Below, piece by piece: positions 15,755 through 23,301 of a stretch of 41,345 nt of DNA. The notes below the pieces were generated by a model that saw nothing but the letters and a program-made list of their open reading frames with translations, did not search any database and had not been told where the DNA came from. Positions within the stretch are counted from its first letter, which is position 1; each line of letters starts with the position of its first letter. A program made the translations under genes and the position numbers. Source of the DNA: a virus (lineage: Duplodnaviria; Caudoviricetes); IMG/VR virus record IMGVR_UViG_3300012943_000044, positions 1-41,345 of that record; one strand, 5' to 3'.

Positions 15755-16273
15755 ATGACCCACCCCGAGAACCAGCCGCCGGCCCAGCCCAACCAGTACT
15801 GGCCGCCGCAGCACCAGCCCGCCCAGCCGTACACCCCGCCGGTCGCGTACCCGCCCGCCGGTCCGCCGGCTAAGCCGCCGAACTCGAAGCTGGTCTTCTG
15901 GACGTCCGGCACCGGCGTGGTGCTGATGCTGCTCATTGCCTTCATCGGCGTGCTGATCCTCGTCGGCATCATCAACCGCATCGAGGGCCCCGCGTCGGCG
16001 AGCTTCGACACCACGGTGACCAGCTGCGAGGCGACCGGCACCAGCTCACTGGCGACGGCGACCGTCGGCCTGTCGGTGAAGAACGTCAGCAAGTCCACGA
16101 AGAGCGCCACGGTGAAGATCGAGTACCGCGACGGATCCGGGAGCCGGCTCGACACCGACACCGCCTATGTCCGCAACATCGCACCCGGTGACACCGCCCG
16201 GACCGAGGAGTCCACCATCCTCGACGCCGCACCGGCCGGGTCGATCGAGTGCGCCGTGATCGGGGTCAGCTAG
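15755..16273 (+). CDS. Membrane protein: Pro-rich N-terminus, one TM, extracellular FxLYD-like domain
   Basis: GAAGGA RBS, ATG 15755; VKN...KIEYRDGSGSRLDT...NIAPGDTA; Cys pair. Confidence 0.8.
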   Translation: MTHPENQPPAQPNQYWPPQHQPAQPYTPPVAYPPAGPPAKPPNSKLVFWTSGTGVVLMLLIAFIGVLILVGIINRIEGPASASFDTTVTSCEATGTSSLATATVGLSVKNVSKSTKSATVKIEYRDGSGSRLDTDTAYVRNIAPGDTARTEESTILDAAPAGSIECAVIGVS

Positions 16274-16590
16274 CTCTGCGGCCGGTAGGCCGCGACCTGA
16301 TCCCACGGCCAGGTCTCGATGGCGACGGCCAGCTCCAGCATGTCGGCGCCGTAGGCGGCCGGCTCGTTGGACCGCCGGTGCCAGCGGGAGGCGTAGAACC
16401 CGGCGGGCTTCTCGAACCCGGCGATCGTCGACTCCGGCTGCCAGCCGGGGATCCAGTCCGGGTAGGCGTCCTGGAGCCAGTCGCACGCCTGGACCGCACC
16501 GTCCGGCCAGCCGATGCGCTCGGCCATGACCCGGCGGTTGTGCCGCAGCAGGTCGGGGCCGATGGGGTGCAGGTCTCCGGTGCCGGTCAT
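16270..16590 (-). CDS. Trp-rich hypothetical protein
   Basis: GGGAGG RBS, ATG 16590; stop overlaps the convergent gene (CTAG). Confidence 0.7.
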   Translation of the reverse strand: MTGTGDLHPIGPDLLRHNRRVMAERIGWPDGAVQACDWLQDAYPDWIPGWQPESTIAGFEKPAGFYASRWHRRSNEPAAYGADMLELAVAIETWPWDQVAAYRPQS

Positions 16591-16748
16591 GGGCGTCCTC
16601 CCGCGAGTTGGAAGGGAGGCGACGGCCACAGTCTCTCGCGGCCCTAGCCGCCGCCTCCAGCCCGGGACTATACGCGCGGATACGGCGTGCGGATAGACTA
16701 TGCGTGTATACACATGCGCTTAGCGTGATCATCTCTAGCGTGCGGGCT

Positions 16749-16958
16749 ATGCCAGCGCGTAGGGACATCAGGCTCATGGGCCCGGCCGAGATCGGCCGCC
16801 GCCTGGGCGGGATCGGCCGGGCGCGGGTCTACCAGATCACCCAGCGGCGCAACTTCCCCGAGCCGATCGCGCAGCTGGAGATGGGCAACGTCTGGCTGGC
16901 CGAGGACGTCGAGGCCTGGGTCCGCCAGCACCGCCCGGAGCTGATCGACGAGGAGTGA
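16749..16958 (+). CDS. AlpA/excisionase-like DNA-binding protein
   Basis: LMGPAEIGRRLGGIGRARVYQI...FPEPIAQL..GNVWLAEDVEAW. Confidence 0.85.
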   Translation: MPARRDIRLMGPAEIGRRLGGIGRARVYQITQRRNFPEPIAQLEMGNVWLAEDVEAWVRQHRPELIDEE

Positions 16959-16983
16959 CCGGGGCGGCGAGGCGACCGATACG

Positions 16984-17511
16984 ATGCCCCGCATGACTCC
17001 CCGAACTCTCGCCGCTGCCGCCGTGGGCGCGCTCGCCGCGCTGGCCCTCGCGGCGCCCGCACAGGCCGCAGCCGCAGCACCGTGCGCCGCCTACCGCTAC
17101 ACCGGCGGGCAGGTCACCCTCTGCGTCGATCACCCCGGGGCGGCCGACGTCGACTGCCCGGACGTCGACTGGCAGGTCACCCTGTTCGACAAGACCGTCG
17201 ACCCGTGGCAGCTCGACGCGGACGGCGACGGGTTCGGCTGCGACGGCGAGGGCACGGTCGTACGGCCGGCGGATCCGAAGCCGAGCACGTCGCCGTCGGT
17301 GAAGCCGAAGCCGTCGACCAGCAGCAAGCCGAAGCCGAAGCCCTCGAAGACCAGCAGCACCCCGGTCCCGGTCGCCGAGCAGGTCGACGCCGGGCCGCAG
17401 CTGCCGGTGACCGGGCCGGGCGTGCCGCTGGCCGCCGGTGGACTGCTGCTGCTGGCCGGAGCGGTGGGCGTCGTCGTGGCCCGTCGGCGCCGGGCCAGGT
17501 TTGAAGCCTGA
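16984..17511 (+). CDS. Secreted, sortase-anchored surface protein with Excalibur-like Ca-binding motif
   Basis: Signal peptide (AQA); DVDC...DPWQLDADGDGFGCD; PKPS linker; LPVTG plus TM plus RRRRAR tail. Confidence 0.85.
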   Translation: MPRMTPRTLAAAAVGALAALALAAPAQAAAAAPCAAYRYTGGQVTLCVDHPGAADVDCPDVDWQVTLFDKTVDPWQLDADGDGFGCDGEGTVVRPADPKPSTSPSVKPKPSTSSKPKPKPSKTSSTPVPVAEQVDAGPQLPVTGPGVPLAAGGLLLLAGAVGVVVARRRRARFEA

Positions 17512-17538
17512 GCCATCTGCAATGTGCAGACAGCAAGA

Positions 17539-17576
17539 AACAGGCCCACCCTGCCCGAAGGCAAGGTGGGCCTGTT
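17539..17576. terminator. Bidirectional intrinsic terminator between convergent operons
   Basis: AACAGGCCCACC...GGTGGGCCTGTT 12-bp stem with inner TGCC-CGAA-GGCA; A/T-rich flanks. Confidence 0.85.
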
Positions 17577-17669
17577 CTGTTGGCGCGAGACGGTGCACCC
17601 CGTCAGGGCCTGGGCGTCTCACTCACGGGACACGGCGCCGTTTCCCGCGTTCATGGTGGTTTGACCTAG

Positions 17670-18050
17670 TCAGAGCCAGACGACGGCGGCAGTGTTGATC
17701 AGCAGGTGCAGGGTGTTGTCCGCGACGATCAGCAGCCAGACGGCCAGCCAGTCGGGCGTCCCGGCCGGGTAGCCGGTTGGCGTGTGATCGGCGCGGAACA
17801 CCTTCGGGCCGATGAGGTTCTTGGCCCACACGACGTGCCGGGCGAGCCGGTACCGGTCGATGACGATGTGCGTCCCGCCGATGACCAGCAGCGCCCACGG
17901 CGACTGGGTGACGAGCAGGTAGGGCAGGGTGTATGTCAGGCCGTGCGCGATCGCTGGCCACCAGCGCTTAGTCTTCTCACAGGCCATCCAGTGCGACTGG
18001 AGCAGGTAGTCCCCGACGAGGTGAGCGAGGACGATGCCGAGCGCGATCAT
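17670..18050 (-). CDS. DUF3307-like membrane protein
   Basis: AHLVGDYLLQSHWMA..K, HGLTY, THIVID, DNTLH. Confidence 0.8.
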   Translation of the reverse strand: MIALGIVLAHLVGDYLLQSHWMACEKTKRWWPAIAHGLTYTLPYLLVTQSPWALLVIGGTHIVIDRYRLARHVVWAKNLIGPKVFRADHTPTGYPAGTPDWLAVWLLIVADNTLHLLINTAAVVWL

Positions 18051-18373
18051 CCGAGGTAGTGCGTCTTCGGCGCCTCAGCCCACGTGATCGCGGGCTGGCC
18101 GAAGTCCTGGGCGATCGTCGCCAGCTCCTGCTGCAGCCGGTCGATGACGCCGACCTTGACCTCGATGCAGAAGCAGTGGCCCTGCCAGCCGGCCAGCGGC
18201 GACGAGTACCAGTCGGCCATGATCCGCGTGCCGGACAGCGCGATCATCTCCACCACGTTGTCGTGGTAGGAGATCCAGCGGCCCTGCGACAGCCTGTCGC
18301 CGTCGTTGCCGATGGCCACGTAGACCGTGATCGGTGGCTCGGAGGTCGCCATGATCGGCAGCTCGCGGGTCAC
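18047..18373 (-). CDS. Hypothetical protein
   Basis: TVYVAIGNDGDRLSQ..W; start could be ATG 18352. Confidence 0.7.
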   Translation of the reverse strand: MTRELPIMATSEPPITVYVAIGNDGDRLSQGRWISYHDNVVEMIALSGTRIMADWYSSPLAGWQGHCFCIEVKVGVIDRLQQELATIAQDFGQPAITWAEAPKTHYLG

Positions 18374-18377
18374 CGGA

Positions 18378-18749
18378 TCAGACCCGCGTCGAGGTGTCAG
18401 CGCCCCAGCCGACCGCGACGGCCGTGCGCGGCGACAGTGCCGGGGCCAGCGTGATGCCCAGCGCCGACAGGATCGCGAAGGCGATCAGCAGCACGTCGTT
18501 GGAGTCCACACCGCCGACGATGACCGTGGTGGCGACCTGGAGCCCGGCCAGCACCGCGCCGATCGCGGTCTTGGTCCACGGCGCGGACGGGGCCAGCGGG
18601 ACGAGGTAGGTCAGGGCGGCGGTGCACACGGCGATGCCGATGGCGACACCCTCGGACGGGTCGATGTGCTTGTCGCCGGAGAACAGCGGCACGGCCACGA
18701 CGGCGACCGCGTAGAAGAAGCTGACGATGAACTTCCCGTAGACCTGCAT
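18378..18749 (-). CDS. Holin-like multi-TM protein
   Basis: Four hydrophobic segments; GGAG RBS, ATG 18749; in lysis cassette. Confidence 0.7.
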   Translation of the reverse strand: MQVYGKFIVSFFYAVAVVAVPLFSGDKHIDPSEGVAIGIAVCTAALTYLVPLAPSAPWTKTAIGAVLAGLQVATTVIVGGVDSNDVLLIAFAILSALGITLAPALSPRTAVAVGWGADTSTRV

Positions 18750-18821
18750 GGGAACTCCGATCTTGGAATGCAAGGGAAACGGCCGCGACTATAAATCGGG
18801 GCCGGAGATGTGAAGCGGGCG

Positions 18822-19115
18822 TTAGGTGATGAGCCCCTGCGGATAGGGCGGTGGTGGTGGTGGGCGGCCGTCGGCGATGTGCCGGCGCAGCTCGCCGATG
18901 TAGTCGCCCTGGACCCGCTGCACCCGTTCCAGGGCTGCGATCCTCGCCCGGTCGCTGGCCCGGTCGGCGCGCAACTCCTTGATGTCTTCCTGGTGCTGGT
19001 CGATCATCTGCTGGCCGGAGTCGGTCTTCAGCTTGCGGTTCGACACCCGGTAGGTGAAATAGGCTGCGGCGACGACACCGACCAGGGTCAGGAGGGGACC
19101 GAGGAGCGGGTCCAC
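18822..19115 (-). CDS. Single-TM coiled-coil lysis accessory protein
   Basis: GTG 19115; TM, then QEDIKELR...IAALER, ending PPPPPPYP. Confidence 0.75.
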   Translation of the reverse strand: MDPLLGPLLTLVGVVAAAYFTYRVSNRKLKTDSGQQMIDQHQEDIKELRADRASDRARIAALERVQRVQGDYIGELRRHIADGRPPPPPPYPQGLIT

Positions 19116-19513
19116 AGCCACCGCCTCTCCGATCGGGTCGCAGGCGGTATCCCTCCCGCGATCAGGTAGACGAACGCGGCGAAGGCCAGCCAGATGACAG
19201 CGGAGATGTACCCGAGCGGGACGTGCCCACTCGTCCAGCCGAAGAACGCGGGCAGCCCCCAGCCGACCTTCAGCGCCACCGCCGCCATGAACGCCGCGGT
19301 GTCGCGGATGGCGAACGCGAAGACCAGGCAGATCAGGCCGACGGCGGCCCAGCAGCCCGCCCACCATGCCAGCGGCATGATCTGGTCCATCCAGGCGTAG
19401 AACGGCGTCAGCGGCCGGGGCGCGGTGAACAGGGCGTAGGCGTACACGAAGTCCAGCAGGGTGAAGAACAGCAGCGCCGCCCCGCGGCGGCCGACCCGTC
19501 GGAGCAGCGCCAC
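19088..19513 (-). CDS. 4-TM membrane protein in lysis cassette
   Basis: GRRGAALL... and four hydrophobic helices, directly after the endolysin. Confidence 0.8.
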   Translation of the reverse strand: MALLRRVGRRGAALLFFTLLDFVYAYALFTAPRPLTPFYAWMDQIMPLAWWAGCWAAVGLICLVFAFAIRDTAAFMAAVALKVGWGLPAFFGWTSGHVPLGYISAVIWLAFAAFVYLIAGGIPPATRSERRWLWTRSSVPS

Positions 19514-19518
19514 CGGGG

Positions 19519-20451
19519 TCAGCTCGCGAACGCGTTGCGGAACGCGGTCGTGACGGCGGTGTTGACCTCTTCCTGAGTCACCTGATCCGAGCCGGCAGGC
19601 AGCCCGGCGAGGACCTGCGCGGTGACGGCCGGAGCGAGCACGGCCGCCAGGGCCTGCTCGTCGACGGCATCCTTCGCGGCCAGCCGGGCCACGGCGGCCA
19701 CCGCCGCGTTAGCTGCCACCAGTGCTGCGGCGGAGTCGTCGGCGGCGCGGGCCGCGTAGATCAACATCAGGTTCAGGGCGGTCTCGCCGGTGATCTCGGT
19801 GCCGGCCTTGTAGTCGCCGCCGAGCTCCTTCGCGGAGCCGGTAGTCAGCTTGATCTTGTCGGTCGCGAGCGCCACTTCGTCCTCCTGCTGTGCTGGCTTG
19901 CCGGCCAGCTCGGCCCGGACCATGTCCAGGAACTGCGACCACGGGAAGTTCGTGCCCGGGTCGGTGTGGGTGCCGCCGTCGGCGGGGAACGCGCGGGTGA
20001 TGTCGTGGTGGCCGCAGAAGCCCTTCACGCCTGCCCGGACCTGGGCGACGGTCAGGTGCAGCACCGGGATGTTCCACTTCCGGGCGTCGCGCGCGGCCTG
20101 CTTCGCGGCCCGGGCGAGCATCGCCTGGCTGTAGGCGGACTTCCAGTCCTGCGAACCGGCGCGGCCGCACAGCTCGTACTGGATGCCGCGGCGGTTGCCC
20201 TGCGCCCGGGCGGTGTGGGCCTGGTCGTTGGTGCGGACGCACTGCACGACGCTGGTGCTGTCGACGAAGTAGTGCGCGCTGGTTCCGTCGGTGCGACGGG
20301 CGTCGTAGGCCGCGCCGTCCTCGGCCGACTGGCCGTGCGCGCTGCCCTCGGTGGTGTGGATGACGATCAGCTGGACGGAGCTGCGGTTCGCGTTCGTCCA
20401 CGAGCGCGGCACGACCCACTTCAGGTCGGGATACTCGGGCGACTGGGCCAC
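19519..20451 (-). CDS. Endolysin, N-acetylmuramoyl-L-alanine amidase (Amidase_2)
   Basis: IVIHTTEG, SAHYFVD, GIQYELCG, GHHDI, HTDPG. Confidence 0.92.
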   Translation of the reverse strand: MAQSPEYPDLKWVVPRSWTNANRSSVQLIVIHTTEGSAHGQSAEDGAAYDARRTDGTSAHYFVDSTSVVQCVRTNDQAHTARAQGNRRGIQYELCGRAGSQDWKSAYSQAMLARAAKQAARDARKWNIPVLHLTVAQVRAGVKGFCGHHDITRAFPADGGTHTDPGTNFPWSQFLDMVRAELAGKPAQQEDEVALATDKIKLTTGSAKELGGDYKAGTEITGETALNLMLIYAARAADDSAAALVAANAAVAAVARLAAKDAVDEQALAAVLAPAVTAQVLAGLPAGSDQVTQEEVNTAVTTAFRNAFAS

Positions 20452-20463
20452 GGGGGTGTCCCT

Positions 20464-20727
20464 TCAGGGATTGGGGATCTGCTGCTGGGTGATCCAGGCC
20501 GGCCAGTCGCCGGCGAGCGCGACGTCCAGGCGGGCCAGCCACTCGGCGTCGGTGACGACGCCCTTGTCGTTCAGCGCCTTCATGAGCACGCCGATGATGG
20601 CGAGCAGGCTGACGTTGATGGCGTACGCCTGCGGGTCGGCGGTCATCACGTCGGAGCCGAGTATCTGGGCGGCGTACCGCTGGCGGCGCAGCAGCGGGTC
20701 CACGTACTCGGGAATGGTGGCGGCCAT
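20464..20727 (-). CDS. Hypothetical protein
   Basis: GAGGAG RBS, ATG 20727. Confidence 0.7.
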   Translation of the reverse strand: MAATIPEYVDPLLRRQRYAAQILGSDVMTADPQAYAINVSLLAIIGVLMKALNDKGVVTDAEWLARLDVALAGDWPAWITQQQIPNP

Positions 20728-20738
20728 TGGGCATCTCC

Positions 20739-21278
20739 TCAGAGCGCGACGACGGTCAGTTCCCGGTCCTGGTAGGTGGTGGTGCCGGCTGAGACGCGGT
20801 ACTGCATGGTGAAGGTGTTCGACCCGGCGTTCAGCGCCTTGAACAGGGTGGCGAACCCGCCTCGGTACTCGGCGTTGGAGCCGTACGCCTGGAACTCGCC
20901 GGAGATGATGTCGCTGGCCGCGAGGGTGGTGGCGCCGGACACCGCGCAGGAGATCCAACTCTTCTGCCCGATGGAGTTGCTCGACATGAACGCGTTGCCG
21001 AACACCAGCGCCCGGGTGCCGGTGGTGACGGTGACGACCGGCCCGGTCGTGGCGAGGTTGGTGTAGGACGTGTTCGTGGTGGTCTGAGACGTCGACACGG
21101 TGGTGGACTCGATGGCCCGCTCGGCGCCCGCGTTCGCGCCGGTGCTGACGAAGATGCGGCCTGCGGTGGTGAACTTCGCTGCCGGCGTCTCCAGGATGTT
21201 GTCGCGCACCGAGGCGTTCCACTGCGCCGCGGTCAGGGCGGTGGAGCTGACCGCGGTCAGCGGGGTGCTGTAGGCCAT
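20739..21278 (-). CDS. Minor tail/tip protein
   Basis: MAYSTPLTAV...LTAAQWNASVRDN tail-fibre-type N-terminus; Thr/Ser-rich beta domain. Confidence 0.75.
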   Translation of the reverse strand: MAYSTPLTAVSSTALTAAQWNASVRDNILETPAAKFTTAGRIFVSTGANAGAERAIESTTVSTSQTTTNTSYTNLATTGPVVTVTTGTRALVFGNAFMSSNSIGQKSWISCAVSGATTLAASDIISGEFQAYGSNAEYRGGFATLFKALNAGSNTFTMQYRVSAGTTTYQDRELTVVAL

Positions 21279-21697
21279 CAGATCTTCCCCTTGAAGTTGC
21301 CGTCGTCGTCGACCTCAATGCCGTGGTCGACGAGCAGCTGCGCCAGCTGGTCGCGGCGGGCTACGTCCTGGGCGGCGCGGTAGCGGGCCACCTCGTCGTT
21401 CTCGGCGACGAGATCAGAAACGGACTGCCCGGTCGGGAGCCCGGCCAGCGCGGCACGGACGTGGCCCTTCGGGTACCAGGACTTGTCGGCGTCGTCGGCC
21501 CGGTCGGCGACCGCGGCGACGATCTGTGCCTCGACCTGAGCCGGGGGCATGACGATCTCGAACGGGTGGCCCTTGGCGCACACGTCCTCGGTGAGCCGGC
21601 GGCCGGCCTCGTCGTGGGCGAGGCGGGCGTCGGTGCAGCCCGGGGTGGGGCAATCAACCACCCATCTCGAATGGTTCAGGTACGCGAGCGCCTTCAT
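21278..21697 (-). CDS. Tail-module protein with Cys motif
   Basis: AYLNHSRWVVDCP..GC...C..GH; AGGAG RBS. Confidence 0.7.
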   Translation of the reverse strand: MKALAYLNHSRWVVDCPTPGCTDARLAHDEAGRRLTEDVCAKGHPFEIVMPPAQVEAQIVAAVADRADDADKSWYPKGHVRAALAGLPTGQSVSDLVAENDEVARYRAAQDVARRDQLAQLLVDHGIEVDDDGNFKGKI

Positions 21698-21705
21698 GTG
21701 ATCTC

Positions 21706-23301
21706 CTAGGCCCCGAATCGACCCTGATTGAAGCCGACCCCAGCGGTATCAAATCGGAACAGCGTGGTGGGCTTGTCGAGACCATCGGCCGCGAAGGTGC
21801 CGAGGTTGAACCCCTGCAGCGCCACGTCGAAGGTGAACGGATTGGCACTGCCGACCGGGGCGACGGGCTCGGCGACGATGGTCAGCAGGCTGCTGCTGGC
21901 GCCGAGGCCCTTGACCGTGCGGGTGATCTTCTCGATGGTGTAGTCGCCGTTCACGCCGAGGATGTCGTCGCGGATCGTGATCCGGTCCGAGATCCGCCGG
22001 GCGGCGAACTGCTGCAGGTAGGCGGTGCTGATGACCCCGTCGATGGTGAACGTGATCAACGGCCTTGCTGTCGCGTACGTCGACACGATCCGCTGCGCGA
22101 TCGCCTGCGCGTCGTACTGGTTCGCCCACGGCAGGCTCCCCGGCCAGGTCAAGATCCCCTTGGTCAGCTGCGACGACGTGTCCGCGGCGGAGACCTGCAC
22201 GGTCTGCGCCACCGACAGCAGATTCCCGCGGACCTGGAGGTTCGTCAGCAGGGCGTCGGTGCCGCCGCCGACAATCGTCAGCAGCGCCGACTGGCCGGAG
22301 GTCCGCGACAGGCTCATCGACGCGATCGACCCGTAGGCCAGCAGGTAGTCGCCGTCCGGCTCGGCGTCCTCGATCGCGTCGTTCGTGGTCCGCACCGGCA
22401 CCAGCGCGCCGATGAATCCGTCACCGGCCTCGATGTCGATGACCACCGTCTGCCCGGCCGGGACCGACAGCGGCGTGCTCTGCGACCAGATCGCGCCCAG
22501 CGGCGCCGGCTGCCGGACGTCGACCGAGAAGTTGGCGGTGTTGACGATGTTCGCCAGGCCGTGGTTGTAGCTGATCGACCCGGCGGCGATCTTCAGGTCG
22601 CCGCCCGGGCCGGTGCCCTCCGGGTAGATCCGGGTGAACAGGCCCTGACTGACCAGGCTGGCCGTGTCGGTGATGCGGTGGAACCGGTCCTTGAAGACGA
22701 AGACGCCGGCCTGCACGTAGGCGATCGCCGGCGGGCCCTCGGAGTCGACGAGCTTCTGCACCGCGGTGGCCGCGTCGGTGCCTTCCTCCCACCAGAACGG
22801 CACCACGGTGGACCCGGCGTCCAGCTGGCGCTTGTCGGCCGGCCAGCCGATCGCGTCCAGGATGACGCCGATCAGGTCGCCGGTGCGCCGGCCCTGGTAG
22901 ACGGTCGTGGACAGTTTCTGCTGGGACGGCTTGCCCCACGCGTCGGTGACCTCGACGGTCATCCGCCGGTCGGTGGAGTCGTACTGCAGGTCGGACAGCA
23001 CGCCGGAGTAAAGGGTGGTGGTGGCGGCGGAGACGGTCAGGTCGAACTTGAACGGCACGCCCGGCACGACCTTGCCGTACAGCGGCGAGGTCGACCGCTC
23101 GGGGGCGAGGATCAGGTCGCTGTCGTCGAGCTCCATGTCCAGCGTGCTCGCCGGGATGTTGCTGGCGGCGGAGCTGGTGCCGCGGCCGACCTCGATGACG
23201 ACGTCGTCCCACGTCACCAGCGACGACACGTCCTCGTTCGCGCCGGCGAACGTGCCGCCGCGGGACCAGTCGAACGCGGCCGTCCATCCGCGGACCGTCA
23301 T
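21706..23301 (-). CDS. Minor tail (hub/baseplate) protein
   Basis: Follows tape measure; beta-rich; C-terminal F-x-FD...GFN-x-G-x-F repeated twice. Confidence 0.8.
   Translation of the reverse strand: MTVRGWTAAFDWSRGGTFAGANEDVSSLVTWDDVVIEVGRGTSSAASNIPASTLDMELDDSDLILAPERSTSPLYGKVVPGVPFKFDLTVSAATTTLYSGVLSDLQYDSTDRRMTVEVTDAWGKPSQQKLSTTVYQGRRTGDLIGVILDAIGWPADKRQLDAGSTVVPFWWEEGTDAATAVQKLVDSEGPPAIAYVQAGVFVFKDRFHRITDTASLVSQGLFTRIYPEGTGPGGDLKIAAGSISYNHGLANIVNTANFSVDVRQPAPLGAIWSQSTPLSVPAGQTVVIDIEAGDGFIGALVPVRTTNDAIEDAEPDGDYLLAYGSIASMSLSRTSGQSALLTIVGGGTDALLTNLQVRGNLLSVAQTVQVSAADTSSQLTKGILTWPGSLPWANQYDAQAIAQRIVSTYATARPLITFTIDGVISTAYLQQFAARRISDRITIRDDILGVNGDYTIEKITRTVKGLGASSSLLTIVAEPVAPVGSANPFTFDVALQGFNLGTFAADGLDKPTTLFRFDTAGVGFNQGRFGA

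Noticed and set aside
20464-21318. 284-aa ORF overlapping the tail-tip gene (possible frameshifted fibre)
   Set aside because: The 5' part is off-frame; a separate RBS and ATG at 20727 explain the real gene.
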